From Candidatus Moanibacter sp. (GTDB lineage Bacteria > Verrucomicrobiota > Verrucomicrobiia > Opitutales > UBA2987), in NCBI GenBank assembly GCA_965226025.1, contig CBDDCD010000003.1:1382077-1446076 (forward strand): a stretch of 64,000 bases of DNA, in the 5' to 3' direction. The translations under genes and the position numbers were made by a program. The notes beneath the pieces are model-generated. The model did no database searches. It worked only from the letters and a program-made list of their open reading frames with translations, and was not told the DNA's origin. This document shows, in pieces, positions 48,519-59,781 of this stretch. Within the stretch, counting starts at the first letter, position 1, and the number at the start of each line of letters is the position of its first letter.

Positions 48519-49265
48519 TCAAAAGTGATCCAGCAGCAACCGGCTGATCGGGTTCAGACGGCTGTAATACCCGCGCGCGGCCTCGTCTTTTCCTTCCCAC
48601 AGCCGTGGTGGAAAAATCGTAAAGTTGCTCACATACCGATCCGAGGTGTGTCCACAGTAGAGGTGAATGGTGCGCCGCTCAGTTGTCGTCTTGCGGACGT
48701 TGCCGGCGTGAATGGTGTAGGCGTTGAAGAGGATCGCGGTGCCCGCTTTGCCTTCGATGTGGTGAGCCGTGGCCAGGTCGTACTCTTCGAGATCCTTCGG
48801 TTCGGGTGTCTGAGCACTACCGGGAATGACACTGAAGGTGTGGGTCGTTTCGTCTACATCAGTCAAATAGAAGACGACCGAGAGGTATCTCGTGTAATGA
48901 GGCGGCTTCGTACCGCCGCCGCACGAATCCCGGTGCCAACCGCATTCGGTCGGGCCCTCCGGATTCGCGGCCCGGATCATGACGGAGTGCTCCTCAGCAC
49001 ATAGTTCGGGTCCCATGATGGCCTCCATGAGCGGAAGCACGGACAGCGGCCGCATCGTGAAATCAAGGTCCGGCTGAGCCAGCAGGATGTATTCGTTCTG
49101 GCTGCGTCCGTCCGAGACACCGCGCCACAGCGTTTCGTTGTCGACGAGATCCCGGTCGATGGTTGTGTTTATGAGACTGACCTCAGCGGGCGTCAGCGCC
49201 TCGGGGACGGCGAGGTAGCCGTTCAGGGCGAAGAATTTCAGCTGTTCGGAGTGATCGTCCTTCAT
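48519..49265 (-). CDS. PhyH-family Fe(II)/2-oxoglutarate dioxygenase
   Basis: WHRD, VIPGS and IHAG. Confidence 0.85.
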   Translation of the reverse strand: MKDDHSEQLKFFALNGYLAVPEALTPAEVSLINTTIDRDLVDNETLWRGVSDGRSQNEYILLAQPDLDFTMRPLSVLPLMEAIMGPELCAEEHSVMIRAANPEGPTECGWHRDSCGGGTKPPHYTRYLSVVFYLTDVDETTHTFSVIPGSAQTPEPKDLEEYDLATAHHIEGKAGTAILFNAYTIHAGNVRKTTTERRTIHLYCGHTSDRYVSNFTIFPPRLWEGKDEAARGYYSRLNPISRLLLDHF

Positions 49266-49285
49266 TGCCTGATCGAAATATGCAG

Positions 49286-49581
49286 CTAGGAGGCTTATAG
49301 TCGGACTTTGACGTTCGATTGCTTCGCAAATATCCGCGTTTGTCCGACTATAAGCCTCCTAGCAAAAGGAATCTGTCGGTATGAAAATGGTAGTGATTTA
49401 GGAACGTCAACCTCCGATCTGAAGTTCTGGTCTGGTGCGAAGTGCAAAGTCCGACAGATTCCTAGGTCCAAAATAGGAACGCTAAAATCCTGAACGTGCT
49501 TATTTTTGGGCTAGGAGTCTGTTGGACTTTGTGGTTCGATTGCTGTGCAAGTGTGAGAGTGCATAGTCCGACAAGTTCCTA
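49286..49581. repeat. Cluster of three MITE-like inverted-repeat elements
   Basis: 49286-49362, 49367-49465 and 49511-49581, with AGGA..CT.TCGGAC / GTCCGAC...CCTAG ends. Confidence 0.7.
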
Positions 49582-49598
49582 AAGCCAGAATACTGGTA

Positions 49599-51176
49599 GT
49601 GAATACGAAGAACTACGACCACATCATCGTCGGTTCGGGCGCCGCCGGCGCCGTACTGGCGGCCCGCCTCAGCGAAGATCCGAACCGCTCCGTTTTGCTG
49701 CTGGAGGCGGGGCCGGATTTCCCAGATCGGGACCAGGTGCCGGAAGAGATCAAATACGGCTATGGCCGCGATCCCGATATCTGGGCCCGCGCCTTTGGCT
49801 ACCCGACTCACTTTGGCTGGGACTATCGCGCCCGCGGCACCGATCTGGCCCCCGATATATTCATCCCCAGAGGCAAAGTCATCGGCGGTTCCACGGCCGT
49901 TAACGCCCAGATCTTCTTGCGTGGCGTTCCGGAGGACTTCGACATGTGGGCCGTAATGGGCAACGACAAGTGGAGCTTTGAGCGACTGCTGCCCTACTTC
50001 TGCAAGATCGAAACCGATCTGGACTACGGCGAAGCCTCCTACCACGGCAACAGCGGCCCCATCCGGGCCCGGCGTTTTAAACCGAACGAGTGGCTGCCCG
50101 AGCACAGCGCCTTCTACGATGCCGGCCGCGACGCCGGCTACTCGGATTGTCCCGACCATAATGACCCGAATTCCACCGGCATCGGCCACCTCGCTCTCAA
50201 CAACCCCGATGGCATTCGCTGGAGTACCGCCATCGGTTATCTGGAGCCGGCGCGGCAGCGGCCCAACCTGGAGATCAAGGCCGACTGCCAGGTCCACCGA
50301 GTGCTCTTTGCGGGTCGGCGCGCCACCGGCGTGCAACTGGAAAGTGACGGGACAATCCTCGAAGTCAGCGGTGGGGAAGTCATCCTCAGCGGCGGCTCCA
50401 TCGGCTCGCCTCACCTGCTGTTGCTTTCGGGCGTTGGCCCGGCTGCCCACCTGCAGCAGATGGGTATCGATGTGGTCCACGACCTTCTGGGGGTGGGGCA
50501 AAATCTACGCGACCACCCTCAGGTAGCGGTGACTCTGAGGACCCGGCAAGGGGTGCGGCTCGATGGCCGCGATCCCAGGCTGCAGGTGGGCCTACGCTAT
50601 ACAGCGGCGGATTCGGATCTGCGCAACGACATGTTCATCCTCCCGGTCTCCTTCGCCACCGAGGATGGCCATTTCGCTATCTCCCACTCCAAACCTCTCG
50701 GCTTTTATATGGTGAGCTGCATCTATCTTGCCGCCAGTGCCGGCCAGCTCAGACTGGCCTCGACCGATCCCCATGTGCAGCCGCAGCTCGACTACAACTA
50801 TCTGGCCGAGACCTTCGATCGCCAGCGACTGCGCGAAGCCGTCCGAATCATCATCGACCTGCTCGAACACCGGGCCTTCAAAGAAATCGTCGACGTGAGG
50901 ATCGGTCCTACAGATGTCGAACTGGCGTCGGACGCCGCCTTGGACGAGTGGATGGCGCGCGTCATCAGTACCAGCCACCACGTCTCATCCACCTGCAAGA
51001 TGGGGCCCGCTACCGATTCGCTGGCTGTGGTCGACCAGTACGGCAGGGTTTACGGGCTCGAAAACCTGCGAGTGGTGGATGCCGCCATTATGCCCGACTG
51101 TGTGCGCGCCAACACCAATGCTACCACCATGGTTATCGGAGAAAGGGTGGCCGATTTCATCCTCCAGGGGCAATGA
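49599..51176 (+). CDS. GMC oxidoreductase (choline dehydrogenase-like)
   Basis: GSGAAG, RGKVIGGSTAVN, GQNLRDH and NLRVVDAAIMP...NTNAT. Confidence 0.92.
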   Translation: MNTKNYDHIIVGSGAAGAVLAARLSEDPNRSVLLLEAGPDFPDRDQVPEEIKYGYGRDPDIWARAFGYPTHFGWDYRARGTDLAPDIFIPRGKVIGGSTAVNAQIFLRGVPEDFDMWAVMGNDKWSFERLLPYFCKIETDLDYGEASYHGNSGPIRARRFKPNEWLPEHSAFYDAGRDAGYSDCPDHNDPNSTGIGHLALNNPDGIRWSTAIGYLEPARQRPNLEIKADCQVHRVLFAGRRATGVQLESDGTILEVSGGEVILSGGSIGSPHLLLLSGVGPAAHLQQMGIDVVHDLLGVGQNLRDHPQVAVTLRTRQGVRLDGRDPRLQVGLRYTAADSDLRNDMFILPVSFATEDGHFAISHSKPLGFYMVSCIYLAASAGQLRLASTDPHVQPQLDYNYLAETFDRQRLREAVRIIIDLLEHRAFKEIVDVRIGPTDVELASDAALDEWMARVISTSHHVSSTCKMGPATDSLAVVDQYGRVYGLENLRVVDAAIMPDCVRANTNATTMVIGERVADFILQGQ

Positions 51177-52010
51177 ATGTATTCGACCTCTAGGCCGAAG
51201 GAGACGGAGCGCATGTTAACCAACGTTCAGATCGCGCATTTTCATGCACTCGGTTTTGTCAGAGTACCGGGTGCCCTATCGCCGGAAGAGATTGATGAGT
51301 TTTTGTGGCGCTTTGACGCAATTATTGAGCAGGGCGAAACGCAGGGCGACACCTCGGCCGACGGGTCGCGCATTTTCCCCGGCGGCCACCGTGTCATCAT
51401 TCCGTTGATTGAGGCAGACCCGTTTTTTTACAACCTGCTTGACCATCCCAACTTGGCCGGGATCGCAGAGGATCTTCTGGGCGAGGATTGTATCTATTTC
51501 GGTAGCTCCGACGGACAGATCCACGATGGGGACACCCATTGGCATCGCGATGGCGCGCTACCTGGACCAGCCATCGAAGCCAAGCTGACTTTTTACCTCG
51601 ACGCTGTCGCCCCGGGAAAAGGCTGTATGAGTTTCATTCCCGGCAGCCACTTTTGGCCCCTCCACTTGACTGATCTTGAAAAGCCGATCGACGAGCGTGT
51701 CCTTGGTTATCCGATTTCAGAACTTCCTGGAAGGTACGATCTGCCGGCGGAGAAGGGGGATGTGATCGTCTTTCATTCCCGGATCTGGCATTCTTCCTGG
51801 GGTGGCGGGACCAACCGAAGGCAGATGGCCTGGATGATGAGGACACGACCACGCCTGAATTGGGAAATCGAACGTATTGTCGATTTCAACAAGAGTTATG
51901 CCGAAATGTGGGCTCCTGCGACCGGCCGCCTGGTCACGGACCGACTATTTGAGACAGCCAACCCACGCCGGATGAAAAAGATCCAGCTGCTGAAAGATTT
52001 GGGTTTGTAG
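51177..52010 (+). CDS. PhyH-family dioxygenase
   Basis: WHRD, FIPGSH and GDVIVFHSRIWH. Confidence 0.87.
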   Translation: MYSTSRPKETERMLTNVQIAHFHALGFVRVPGALSPEEIDEFLWRFDAIIEQGETQGDTSADGSRIFPGGHRVIIPLIEADPFFYNLLDHPNLAGIAEDLLGEDCIYFGSSDGQIHDGDTHWHRDGALPGPAIEAKLTFYLDAVAPGKGCMSFIPGSHFWPLHLTDLEKPIDERVLGYPISELPGRYDLPAEKGDVIVFHSRIWHSSWGGGTNRRQMAWMMRTRPRLNWEIERIVDFNKSYAEMWAPATGRLVTDRLFETANPRRMKKIQLLKDLGL

Positions 52011-52017
52011 GCATCCT

Positions 52018-52368
52018 ATGGCATTCCTTCTTAGGCTTTGCGCCATCGCCTTAGTTGCGGGTGCGTCTTTGTCCTGGCTCTTCGCTGACACTTATCGGCT
52101 GTATGTGCAAACCAAGGATGATCCACCCTTGGTGATCGCTCACTGGGGCGACTATATCGATTATCAGATGTGGCGGGATATTTTCGAGGAGTTCCGTCAA
52201 AAACACCCGGAAATTGTGTTTGAGAGGCGCCATATCCCTTCCAGCAGGTACAACCTGAAGATACAGCAGCAGGTCGTTTCTGATACGCCTCCGGACCTGT
52301 TCCTCTTTCAGGATGAACCGTTTCCCAACTTGATTAACTCCGGCAAGCTTGAGGATCTGTCGCTATGA
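52018..52368 (+). pseudogene. Truncated duplicate of the solute-binding protein N-terminus
   Basis: Highly similar to residues 1-115 of 52460..53923; stops at LEDLSL. Confidence 0.75.
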
Positions 52369-52459
52369 AGAAAGTCGCAATTTTCAACTACCCATCTACG
52401 ATATTCGGTGCTGAATTCCGGGCACTAGCGAAAGGCGGAGCCCAATAGACTGTAAACCC

Positions 52460-53923
52460 ATGGCATACCTGATTCGGATTATCGCTATCGCCTTAATTGT
52501 GGGCGCATTTTTCTACTGGTTGTTTGCCGACACGTTTCGCCGGTATGGAAAAACCGCAAAGGATCAACCCCTGGTTGTGGCCCACTGGGGCGACCATATC
52601 GACTATCAAATGTGGAGTGAGATATTCGAGGCGTTCAGCCAAAAATATCCGGAGATCAAATTCGAGAGGCGCCACCTTCCAGCAAGCCGGTACCACCAGA
52701 AGATCCAACAGCAGATTGTCTCCGATACGGCTCCGGATCTTTTCATGATGCAGGATGAACCGTTTCCGAATCTGATAGCCTCGGGCAAGCTTGAGGATCT
52801 GTCCCCGTATATCAAGGCGATGGACCGGTGGGGGGAGGACGGGGAGATTGTAAAAGGGGAGTACTGGAAGACGGCCGTCCGCGACTTCGGGGAGTATCAT
52901 CCAGAGACTAAGGAATGGGAGCAGTGGGGCATGCCGGTATGGGGCGGCTGTAATCTGCTCTTTTACAACAAAGAGAATTGGAATCGCGCCCAAACCCGGG
53001 TAGGAGAGAATCCCGACGCACCCGGTCTCCGAAAAGGAAATGATGGCTGGTGGTATGTGAATGACGACAAGTGGACCCTGGAGGAATTCGTTGAGATCTG
53101 CCAACGCCTGACCATGGATCTGGATGGAGATGGTCGGACCGATCAGTACGCATTCTTCGTGCCCTGGTGGGGCTGGATGCCGATTCATTGGACGGTGGGG
53201 GCTAGTGTATTGAATGAAGATTTCACGAGAACCACCTTTTATGGGCCGGAATGTGAAGCCTCATTGACCTTGCTCCAGGATCTCCGTTTGAAGTACAAGG
53301 TAATGCCAGCACCCTCTGCCTTGGGCGCTCTGACCATGAACACCGCCTTCTTCACCGGCATGGTTTCGATTCTGAACACGGGCACCTACGGCCTGATCTA
53401 TCTGAATGCAACGGGCATCGACTACGACATTCTTCATTTTCCCAGAGGCGAAGGGGGTAGGCGCTACACGCGTTTTTTCTGGGAAGGCATGGCCATGAGC
53501 AGCCTGTCGAAAAATAAGAAAGAAGCCTGGATCTTCCTGGATTTCCTGACCTCCATCGATGGGCAGAGGATTCTTGCAGAATATCAGATTTCACTCCCGA
53601 GTCTGATAGCATCGGAACCCTTCTTCTTGAATGCGGCGCGGGCACCGGTTTCGTCTCGGCAGGTGGATCTATACAAATTCACGGAAGCTGCCAGGACCTA
53701 CGCCAGGCGACAGCCAATCAGCGTTCACTACGGGCCCATGGAAAGAGCGATTGTGAAGTGCATGAGTGCTCTAATAGCCGAAAATGAAGACTTTCGTCTG
53801 ACCCCCAGGCAAGCCATTGCCAGGTATCTTTTCGAAAGTCCGGAATTACTGGAGAAACTGCCCCCGGTTGACCTCGTCGCGGCAGAAGAGTATCGGCCGG
53901 ATTGGGAGGCGATGCGCCGATGA
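52460..53923 (+). CDS. ABC transporter extracellular solute-binding protein (sugar-type)
   Basis: APDLF, LLFYNK, WTLEEF and EAWIFLDFLTS; N-terminal membrane anchor. Confidence 0.87.
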   Translation: MAYLIRIIAIALIVGAFFYWLFADTFRRYGKTAKDQPLVVAHWGDHIDYQMWSEIFEAFSQKYPEIKFERRHLPASRYHQKIQQQIVSDTAPDLFMMQDEPFPNLIASGKLEDLSPYIKAMDRWGEDGEIVKGEYWKTAVRDFGEYHPETKEWEQWGMPVWGGCNLLFYNKENWNRAQTRVGENPDAPGLRKGNDGWWYVNDDKWTLEEFVEICQRLTMDLDGDGRTDQYAFFVPWWGWMPIHWTVGASVLNEDFTRTTFYGPECEASLTLLQDLRLKYKVMPAPSALGALTMNTAFFTGMVSILNTGTYGLIYLNATGIDYDILHFPRGEGGRRYTRFFWEGMAMSSLSKNKKEAWIFLDFLTSIDGQRILAEYQISLPSLIASEPFFLNAARAPVSSRQVDLYKFTEAARTYARRQPISVHYGPMERAIVKCMSALIAENEDFRLTPRQAIARYLFESPELLEKLPPVDLVAAEEYRPDWEAMRR

Positions 53924-54852
53924 GGATTTCCTCCAAGGTTCGGAAGAGTGGAGCGGGCTACCTCTTTGCGTCGCCCTGGCTGACAGGATTGCTCCTTTTG
54001 ACTCTATTTCCGCTGCTCGGGTCCCTGCTTCTCTCTTTTACGAGGTGGGACGGGATGAATTGGGCGCAGCTGCAGTGGGTGGGCCTGAGCCAATATGAGA
54101 AGGCCATGGCGGACCCGTATGTGCAGAAGGCCTTGGTGAATACCGTGATCTACAGTCTGGCCGCGGTGCCGGGTGGGCTCGTCATCTCCCTGATCATCGC
54201 GGTCTTGCTGAACCAGAAGCTCAAGGGAATCACCATATTCCGCACCATCTATTTCATGCCCTACATCATAGGCGGGATCGCTACGATTATGATGTGGCTG
54301 CAACTGTTCAATCCGGACTTTGGGCTTCTGAACCTGATTCTTCGCACGATTGGGTCTGGGTTTGAAAGCGTCGGACTGCTGCCGAATGATTGGAAGCCGC
54401 CGGGATGGATTTACGACGAACGGTGGGCCAAGCCGGCGTTGATCATGATGAGTTGGTGGGGCGCAGGCGGGCCGGCGCTCATCTTTCTGGCCGCTCTTCA
54501 AAACGTCCCGCCACAGCTCTACGAAGCCGCACACATCGATGGAGCGGGGCGGTTTCAGCAATTCCGGCACGTAACCGTACCCCAGATCTCACCGGCCATT
54601 TTCTTCAATCTGGTGATGGGTGTGATTGGCAGCTTCCAGGTCTTCAACGAAGCTTTTATAATGACTGCGGGTGGCCCCAATGATGCCACTCTGTTCTTTG
54701 TCCTCTATCTTTACAATAAAGGCTTTATCGATTTCGAGATGGGATATGCCAGCTCCCTGGCCTGGATCCTGTTCGTCATCATTCTGGTACTTACGCTTTG
54801 TGTGGTGAAATCCAGCAAGCTCTGGGTCCACTATCAAGGGGAGGACGGATGA
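53920..54852 (+). CDS. Sugar ABC transporter permease
   Basis: EAA loop LYEAAHIDGAG. Confidence 0.92.
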   Translation: MRISSKVRKSGAGYLFASPWLTGLLLLTLFPLLGSLLLSFTRWDGMNWAQLQWVGLSQYEKAMADPYVQKALVNTVIYSLAAVPGGLVISLIIAVLLNQKLKGITIFRTIYFMPYIIGGIATIMMWLQLFNPDFGLLNLILRTIGSGFESVGLLPNDWKPPGWIYDERWAKPALIMMSWWGAGGPALIFLAALQNVPPQLYEAAHIDGAGRFQQFRHVTVPQISPAIFFNLVMGVIGSFQVFNEAFIMTAGGPNDATLFFVLYLYNKGFIDFEMGYASSLAWILFVIILVLTLCVVKSSKLWVHYQGEDG

Positions 54853-55730
54853 GTATGACGGCATCGGCAAAGTTCGTCCAGTCCTCGCCTAGAGGATTTC
54901 AGTTGCGCCAGATATTATCGAAGGGTGCGATGTATGTGCTGCTATCGGCAGTGGCTCTGACGTTTCTTTTTCCGATCTTGTGGGCCATCAGTTCGTCACT
55001 GAAGTCCTTAGGAGATGTCTATCAGTTTCCGCCCACCCTTTGGGCGGATGAGTGGCTTTGGTCCAATTACCCCGACGCCCTCAAAAAGCTGCCCTTCCTG
55101 AATTTCATGGTCAACACGGTGGTGATCTGCCTGTCGGCGACGACGGGACAGGTTCTCTCTTGTTCTCTGGTCGGGTTCGCTTTCGCTCGGCTGCAGTGGC
55201 GGGGACAGAGTTTCTGGTTCGTTGTTCTGCTCGCAACCATGATGCTGCCGGGGCAGGTGCTGCTCATACCCCGCTACATTCTTTTTGATGCGCTCGGGTG
55301 GATCAATACCTACAAGCCCCTGATCGTGCCTTATTGGTTTGGAGAGAGCGCTTTCTTCATTTTTCTGTTTCGCCAGTTCTTCAAGGCGATTCCGAAGAGC
55401 CTGGAGGAGGCTGCCGTTCTCGATGGCGCCACCACCTGGCAGATCTATTGGCATATATTCCTGCCGAATGCCAAACCTGTTATCGCCACCGTCGCGGTCA
55501 TGAGTCTGATTCAACATTGGAAGGACTTCATGAATCCCCTCATTTACATCAACGACATGGACAAATTTCCTATCAGCGTGGGACTGGATCTGTACAATTC
55601 GTTGGAAGGATCCTGGATTAACCTTCTCATGGCAGCGAGCCTCACCGCCCTGGCGCCGCTCGTGGTTCTCTTCTTTTTGGCGCAGAGGTACTTCGTTCAG
55701 GGGTTGTTGCTCTCGGGGACGAAGGGGTAA
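54849..55730 (+). CDS. Carbohydrate ABC transporter permease
   Basis: EAA loop LEEAAVLDGA. Confidence 0.92.
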   Translation: MSMTASAKFVQSSPRGFQLRQILSKGAMYVLLSAVALTFLFPILWAISSSLKSLGDVYQFPPTLWADEWLWSNYPDALKKLPFLNFMVNTVVICLSATTGQVLSCSLVGFAFARLQWRGQSFWFVVLLATMMLPGQVLLIPRYILFDALGWINTYKPLIVPYWFGESAFFIFLFRQFFKAIPKSLEEAAVLDGATTWQIYWHIFLPNAKPVIATVAVMSLIQHWKDFMNPLIYINDMDKFPISVGLDLYNSLEGSWINLLMAASLTALAPLVVLFFLAQRYFVQGLLLSGTKG

Positions 55731-55802
55731 GTTTCGGCGACGTCCGTATTGACGGCCGTCAATACGGACGTCGCCGAAACTAGGACAGTTGACCTACACG
55801 CG

Positions 55803-56828
55803 ATGGTTATCTACGAGAAAACAATGCCACGTCACAACATACCCCCGGAACATGGAGTTCGCATACCGGCCGATGCGATGCGCGAATTCATTGCCGCTCT
55901 TTTTCGCAAAGCAAAGGCACCGGCTGAGCAAGCGGGTCACATGGCTGTCACGCTGGTGGCTAATGACCTGCGATGCGTCTTCAGCCACGGGACGATACAA
56001 GCGGACGCCTATGTGCGCCAGATGTTAGGAGGCCACACCAATCCTAATCCCACCGTGACCGTCGTATCTGAATCGTCGGCCACAGCGGTTCTGGACGGCG
56101 ACGGGGGTCTGGGATATTTCCCGGCCCATCGTGGAGCCGAGATGGCCATAGAGAAAGCGTTGGATTTAGGCGTCGCTGCGGTGACCACAAGGAACCATTT
56201 CCACTTTGGCGCCGCCGGAAACTACTCACGGATGGCCCTTCCTAAGGATTGCATCGGCATGGCTATTTCCTCTCATCGCTTCCGCCCAAATCCGGAGGCC
56301 ACCGTGATGAGCGCCTCCGGAGGCTCGCCCATGAGTATCGCCGTTCCGACGGGTAGCGAGCCGCCGCTGGTCCTCGACATGTCTGCCTCCTTTCTGCCGC
56401 AGGAAGAGGACTTGGTACTAAAATTTCCTACCGCGTTCTTCAAAGCGCTGGGCTTGGCCTCCATATTTCAATCGATGGGAGGCATTCTGGCGGGGATGTA
56501 CAATGAGGGTTTTCGCTATACGGGGACGGATGAAGTCGCGGCGCCGCACCAGGGCGCCTTTGTCGCCATTTTTGATGTGAAGCGGTTTATGGAAGTCGCT
56601 GCATTCAAGAAGGAAATGGACCGCTACTTGCGCGAAGCGCGTTCCACCCAACCTCTTCCTGGGACCGAGAGGGCCGAACTGGCCGGCGGCATGGAATGGG
56701 CGTGGGAAAAGGAGAACCGGGTTGAAGGCATTCCGGTCGATCCCGACCACCAGCAGAAGCTGGAGACGTTGGCGGAAGAGATTGGAGTGAAGGCGCCTTT
56801 CGGGGAGTTTGAGGCGACCCGATTCTGA
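55803..56828 (+). CDS. Ldh_2 family oxidoreductase (malate/lactate/ureidoglycolate dehydrogenase-like)
   Basis: DLRCVFSHG, DGDGGLG, RNHFHFGAAGNY and LVLDMS; start uncertain. Confidence 0.87.
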   Translation: MVIYEKTMPRHNIPPEHGVRIPADAMREFIAALFRKAKAPAEQAGHMAVTLVANDLRCVFSHGTIQADAYVRQMLGGHTNPNPTVTVVSESSATAVLDGDGGLGYFPAHRGAEMAIEKALDLGVAAVTTRNHFHFGAAGNYSRMALPKDCIGMAISSHRFRPNPEATVMSASGGSPMSIAVPTGSEPPLVLDMSASFLPQEEDLVLKFPTAFFKALGLASIFQSMGGILAGMYNEGFRYTGTDEVAAPHQGAFVAIFDVKRFMEVAAFKKEMDRYLREARSTQPLPGTERAELAGGMEWAWEKENRVEGIPVDPDHQQKLETLAEEIGVKAPFGEFEATRF

Positions 56829-57224
56829 AATGGTGCATTGGGGAGTTTTTTGGGATTACGAACTTTACTCCCGTTGTCGCCGCTCGATTTTCTTTGTCGT
56901 GAGCCTTGTCGCGAGCTTTGTCGATTGCTGAAGACTGCGGATGCTTGCTTAACATGATTGGGTTGTATTGCATGCTGTCTCAAAGCCTTCGCTCTATGGT
57001 ATTCGATTGTGTGGACGAGACCGCCTACAATCGCCAGAGATGCGAAGAATGTATGCGTGGCTTGTCTGTCCAGTATCCGCTCGCATCGTCGTTTGGTAGT
57101 GGCGATTAGGAGTCGGAGAGCTCCACATCGAAAAATCGTATTGAAGACCATAGTCTCGGGTCGACAAGGCTCGCGACAAAGAGGCTCACGCAATGATCTG
57201 AAGAGCACCAAAACAAGAATTTAC

Positions 57225-58055
57225 ATGAACGAAACTAGAAGGATGAAAGGCAAGCGAGTCCTGGTAACCGGATCGGGTACCGGAATCGGTCGTGGGGTGG
57301 CGTTGGAGTTCGCCCGGGCAGGCGCTGGGGTCGCTCTTCATTACGCCCACAGCGAAGAGGGGTGTCGCAGCGCGGTCGATGAGATCGAGAAGGAGGGGGG
57401 AAAGGCGAAAGCACTCAAAGCGGATCTCGGGAACATTGATGAATGCCGGGACCTTGCATCTGATGCGATCGATTTCCTCGGGGGGATCGATGTGCTGGTG
57501 AATAATTCCGGGATTACCATGAACAAACCGTTTCTCGAGGTGACTCCCGATCAGTTCAACACCCTCTACAATGTAAACATCAGAGGGATGTTTTTTCTCA
57601 CTCAATTCACGGTGCCGAGGATGATTGAACAGGGTAGTGGGTCGGTGATCAATCTTACCTCGGTTCACGCTTATGCCGGTATGACGGAGCACACCGTATA
57701 TGCCGGAACGAAAGGAGCGATCGTGGCATTCACTCGTGTTCTCGCTTTGGAGCTCGCGCAAAAGGGGATCCGGGTAAATGCCATCGCTCCGGGCTGGATC
57801 CTGGTCGAGAATCATCTCAAGGTACTGAAGGATTTCGATAGGGAAGCGGCGGCCGCCGGTATTCCAGCCGGCATCATTGGAGAACCGACCGACATTGGCA
57901 AATTGGCCCTCTTTCTCGCCTCCGATGACGCACGTTACATCGTCGGCCAGACCTTTCTTGTCGACGGCGGGCAACTTTCCATCATGCCCTTGACCGGCGA
58001 CTTTCGGGAAGAGCGGAAAGAGCAGTGGGGGCGGGGGTACGTGCCAGGTTTGTAG
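57225..58055 (+). CDS. Short-chain dehydrogenase/reductase
   Basis: TGSGTGIG, NNSG, YAGTK and RVNAIAPG. Confidence 0.93.
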   Translation: MNETRRMKGKRVLVTGSGTGIGRGVALEFARAGAGVALHYAHSEEGCRSAVDEIEKEGGKAKALKADLGNIDECRDLASDAIDFLGGIDVLVNNSGITMNKPFLEVTPDQFNTLYNVNIRGMFFLTQFTVPRMIEQGSGSVINLTSVHAYAGMTEHTVYAGTKGAIVAFTRVLALELAQKGIRVNAIAPGWILVENHLKVLKDFDREAAAAGIPAGIIGEPTDIGKLALFLASDDARYIVGQTFLVDGGQLSIMPLTGDFREERKEQWGRGYVPGL

Positions 58056-58105
58056 TTGTCGTAGCCTGGCCCCGCAGTCGCAGGGCCAGGCTACGACTAC
58101 TACAA
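58050..58105. terminator. Long hairpin between convergent genes (bidirectional terminator or REP-like)
   Basis: TTGTAGTTGTCGTAGCCTGGCCC...GGGCCAGGCTACGACTACTACAA. Confidence 0.55.
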
Positions 58106-59737
58106 ACCTATTGCATAACCGTCGCGCCGTGGATCCGACCCACCGATGAGGGCGCCGGAATCGGGATGAATGAGAATAGTCTGGGCGTAGCCTGGCCCGC
58201 CCCACTCGTCCAGTATTTGGAGATCGTGGCCTTTGTCCGCCAGGCCTCGGCGGACATCGTCGGGGAATCGAGCTTCCAACTGGAGGACATCGTCACAGGT
58301 GTGGGGGACGGTCGATTCCATCGGATTTTATAGACTGCGCCAGCGGGGCGCTTCGACGGCTTCCTGAGAGGTCATGCCGAAGTCGATGATGTGGGTGATA
58401 AGCTGAAGGTTGGTTTGGACCTGCGTGTCGGCTCCGGGGGTACCGCAGATTAGAAATGCCTTGTCGTCTTTGGTCGCGATGACCGGGTTCATGGTGTGGC
58501 GCACCCGCTTCCCCGGCATGAGGCAGTTCGGGTGATCGGAATCCAAATGCCAGTAGGTCATACGGTTGTTGAGGAGAATGCCGGTGTCTCCGGCGATGAG
58601 GCTGGATCCGAATCCTGACTGCAGGCTTTGCAAGACACAGACCGCGTTTCCATCGCCGTCAGCGGTACAGAAGCAGGTGGTGTCGGAATAGGATTCCGGA
58701 TGGCCGGCGGGCACGTTAGTCAGTGCCCGGTCGGGAGCAATTCGTTCGGCCTGTTGGGCGGCGTATTCTTTGGAGAGCAGGCCTTGGATGGGAACGTCGA
58801 CCCATTTGGGGTCGGCCATGTATTCTTCCCGGTCGGCAAAGGAGAGCTTCTTAGCCTCCACCATCAAGTGAACGCTTTCCGTCGAATTGCATCCGAGGGC
58901 TGCGAGGTCGAAGCGTTCGACGATGTTGAGTTCCTGGAGGAGGATGTGGCCGCTGGAGTTGGGCGGCATTTCGTAGACCTCATAGCCCCGGTAATTGACG
59001 TGGATGGGCTCGTCCCAGTGGGATCGATGGCCTGCCAAATCCTCTGCCGTGAGCAAGCCATTGTAGTCGTTGCAGAATTCGGCAAGGGCACGAGCGATGT
59101 CTCCTTCGTAGAAGGATTCGCGGCCATCGGACGCTATCGTCCGAAGAGTCGTGCCGAGATTTTTCTGATAGAGAATGTCTCCCGGTTGGACCGGGTTGCC
59201 GTCTTTGGTGAAGACAGGGCGGGTAAAGGGATCCGAGTTGAATCGGGAGAATTCATTTCCCAGTCCATTGGCGAGCTTGTGACTGACCGGGTAGCCCTCT
59301 TCGCAGAGGGAGATGGCCGGTTCAAGGACTTTATCAAGCGGTATTTTCCCAAATCGCTCGTGAGCCAGCAGCCAACCGTCCACGAGGCCGGGAATGGAGA
59401 CACTGAAGATGCCTTTCATGGGGATGCCGCCCTTTTCAAGATAATAGTCCCGGGTCGCGCCTCCGGGCGCCGCGCCGGTAGCATTCACCGCCGAGACCTG
59501 ACCGGTTTCGGCAGTGTAAATGAGCAAGAATCCGTCCCCGCCTAACCCAGAGCAGTCAGGCTCAACAACACCCAGCGCCGCTGCCGTCGCAACCGCCGCA
59601 TCGATCGCGTTGCCGCCCTCCATGAGGACCTGAATGCCCGCCTGAGAGGCGAGGGGATGACCGGAGGTCACCATTTCGTTGCGGCCCATAACGGATTGAC
59701 GGTAAGCTGGAAATTTGACGCCGTGGGGGGATAACAT
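58100..59737 (-). pseudogene. ggt: Gamma-glutamyltransferase family protein with an in-frame TAA at 58328-58330
   Basis: GGNAIDAAVA, nucleophile DTT and GTPGAD.Q; the frame resumes after the stop to GGSDPRRDG. Confidence 0.85.
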
Positions 59738-59781
59738 GCGGTCTTCTTGAAGGAATTCCGGCGTCTTGACAAACGCAAAGG

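Noticed and set aside
58328-58330. Selenocysteine or pyrrolysine readthrough in ggt
   Set aside because: The codon is TAA, not TGA or TAG.
11096-59545. Long antisense ORFs (e.g. 11096, 18972, 23088, 43827, 45065, 49500, 57186, 58628)
   Set aside because: They are shadows of well-supported genes in GC-rich DNA and carry no recognisable motifs.
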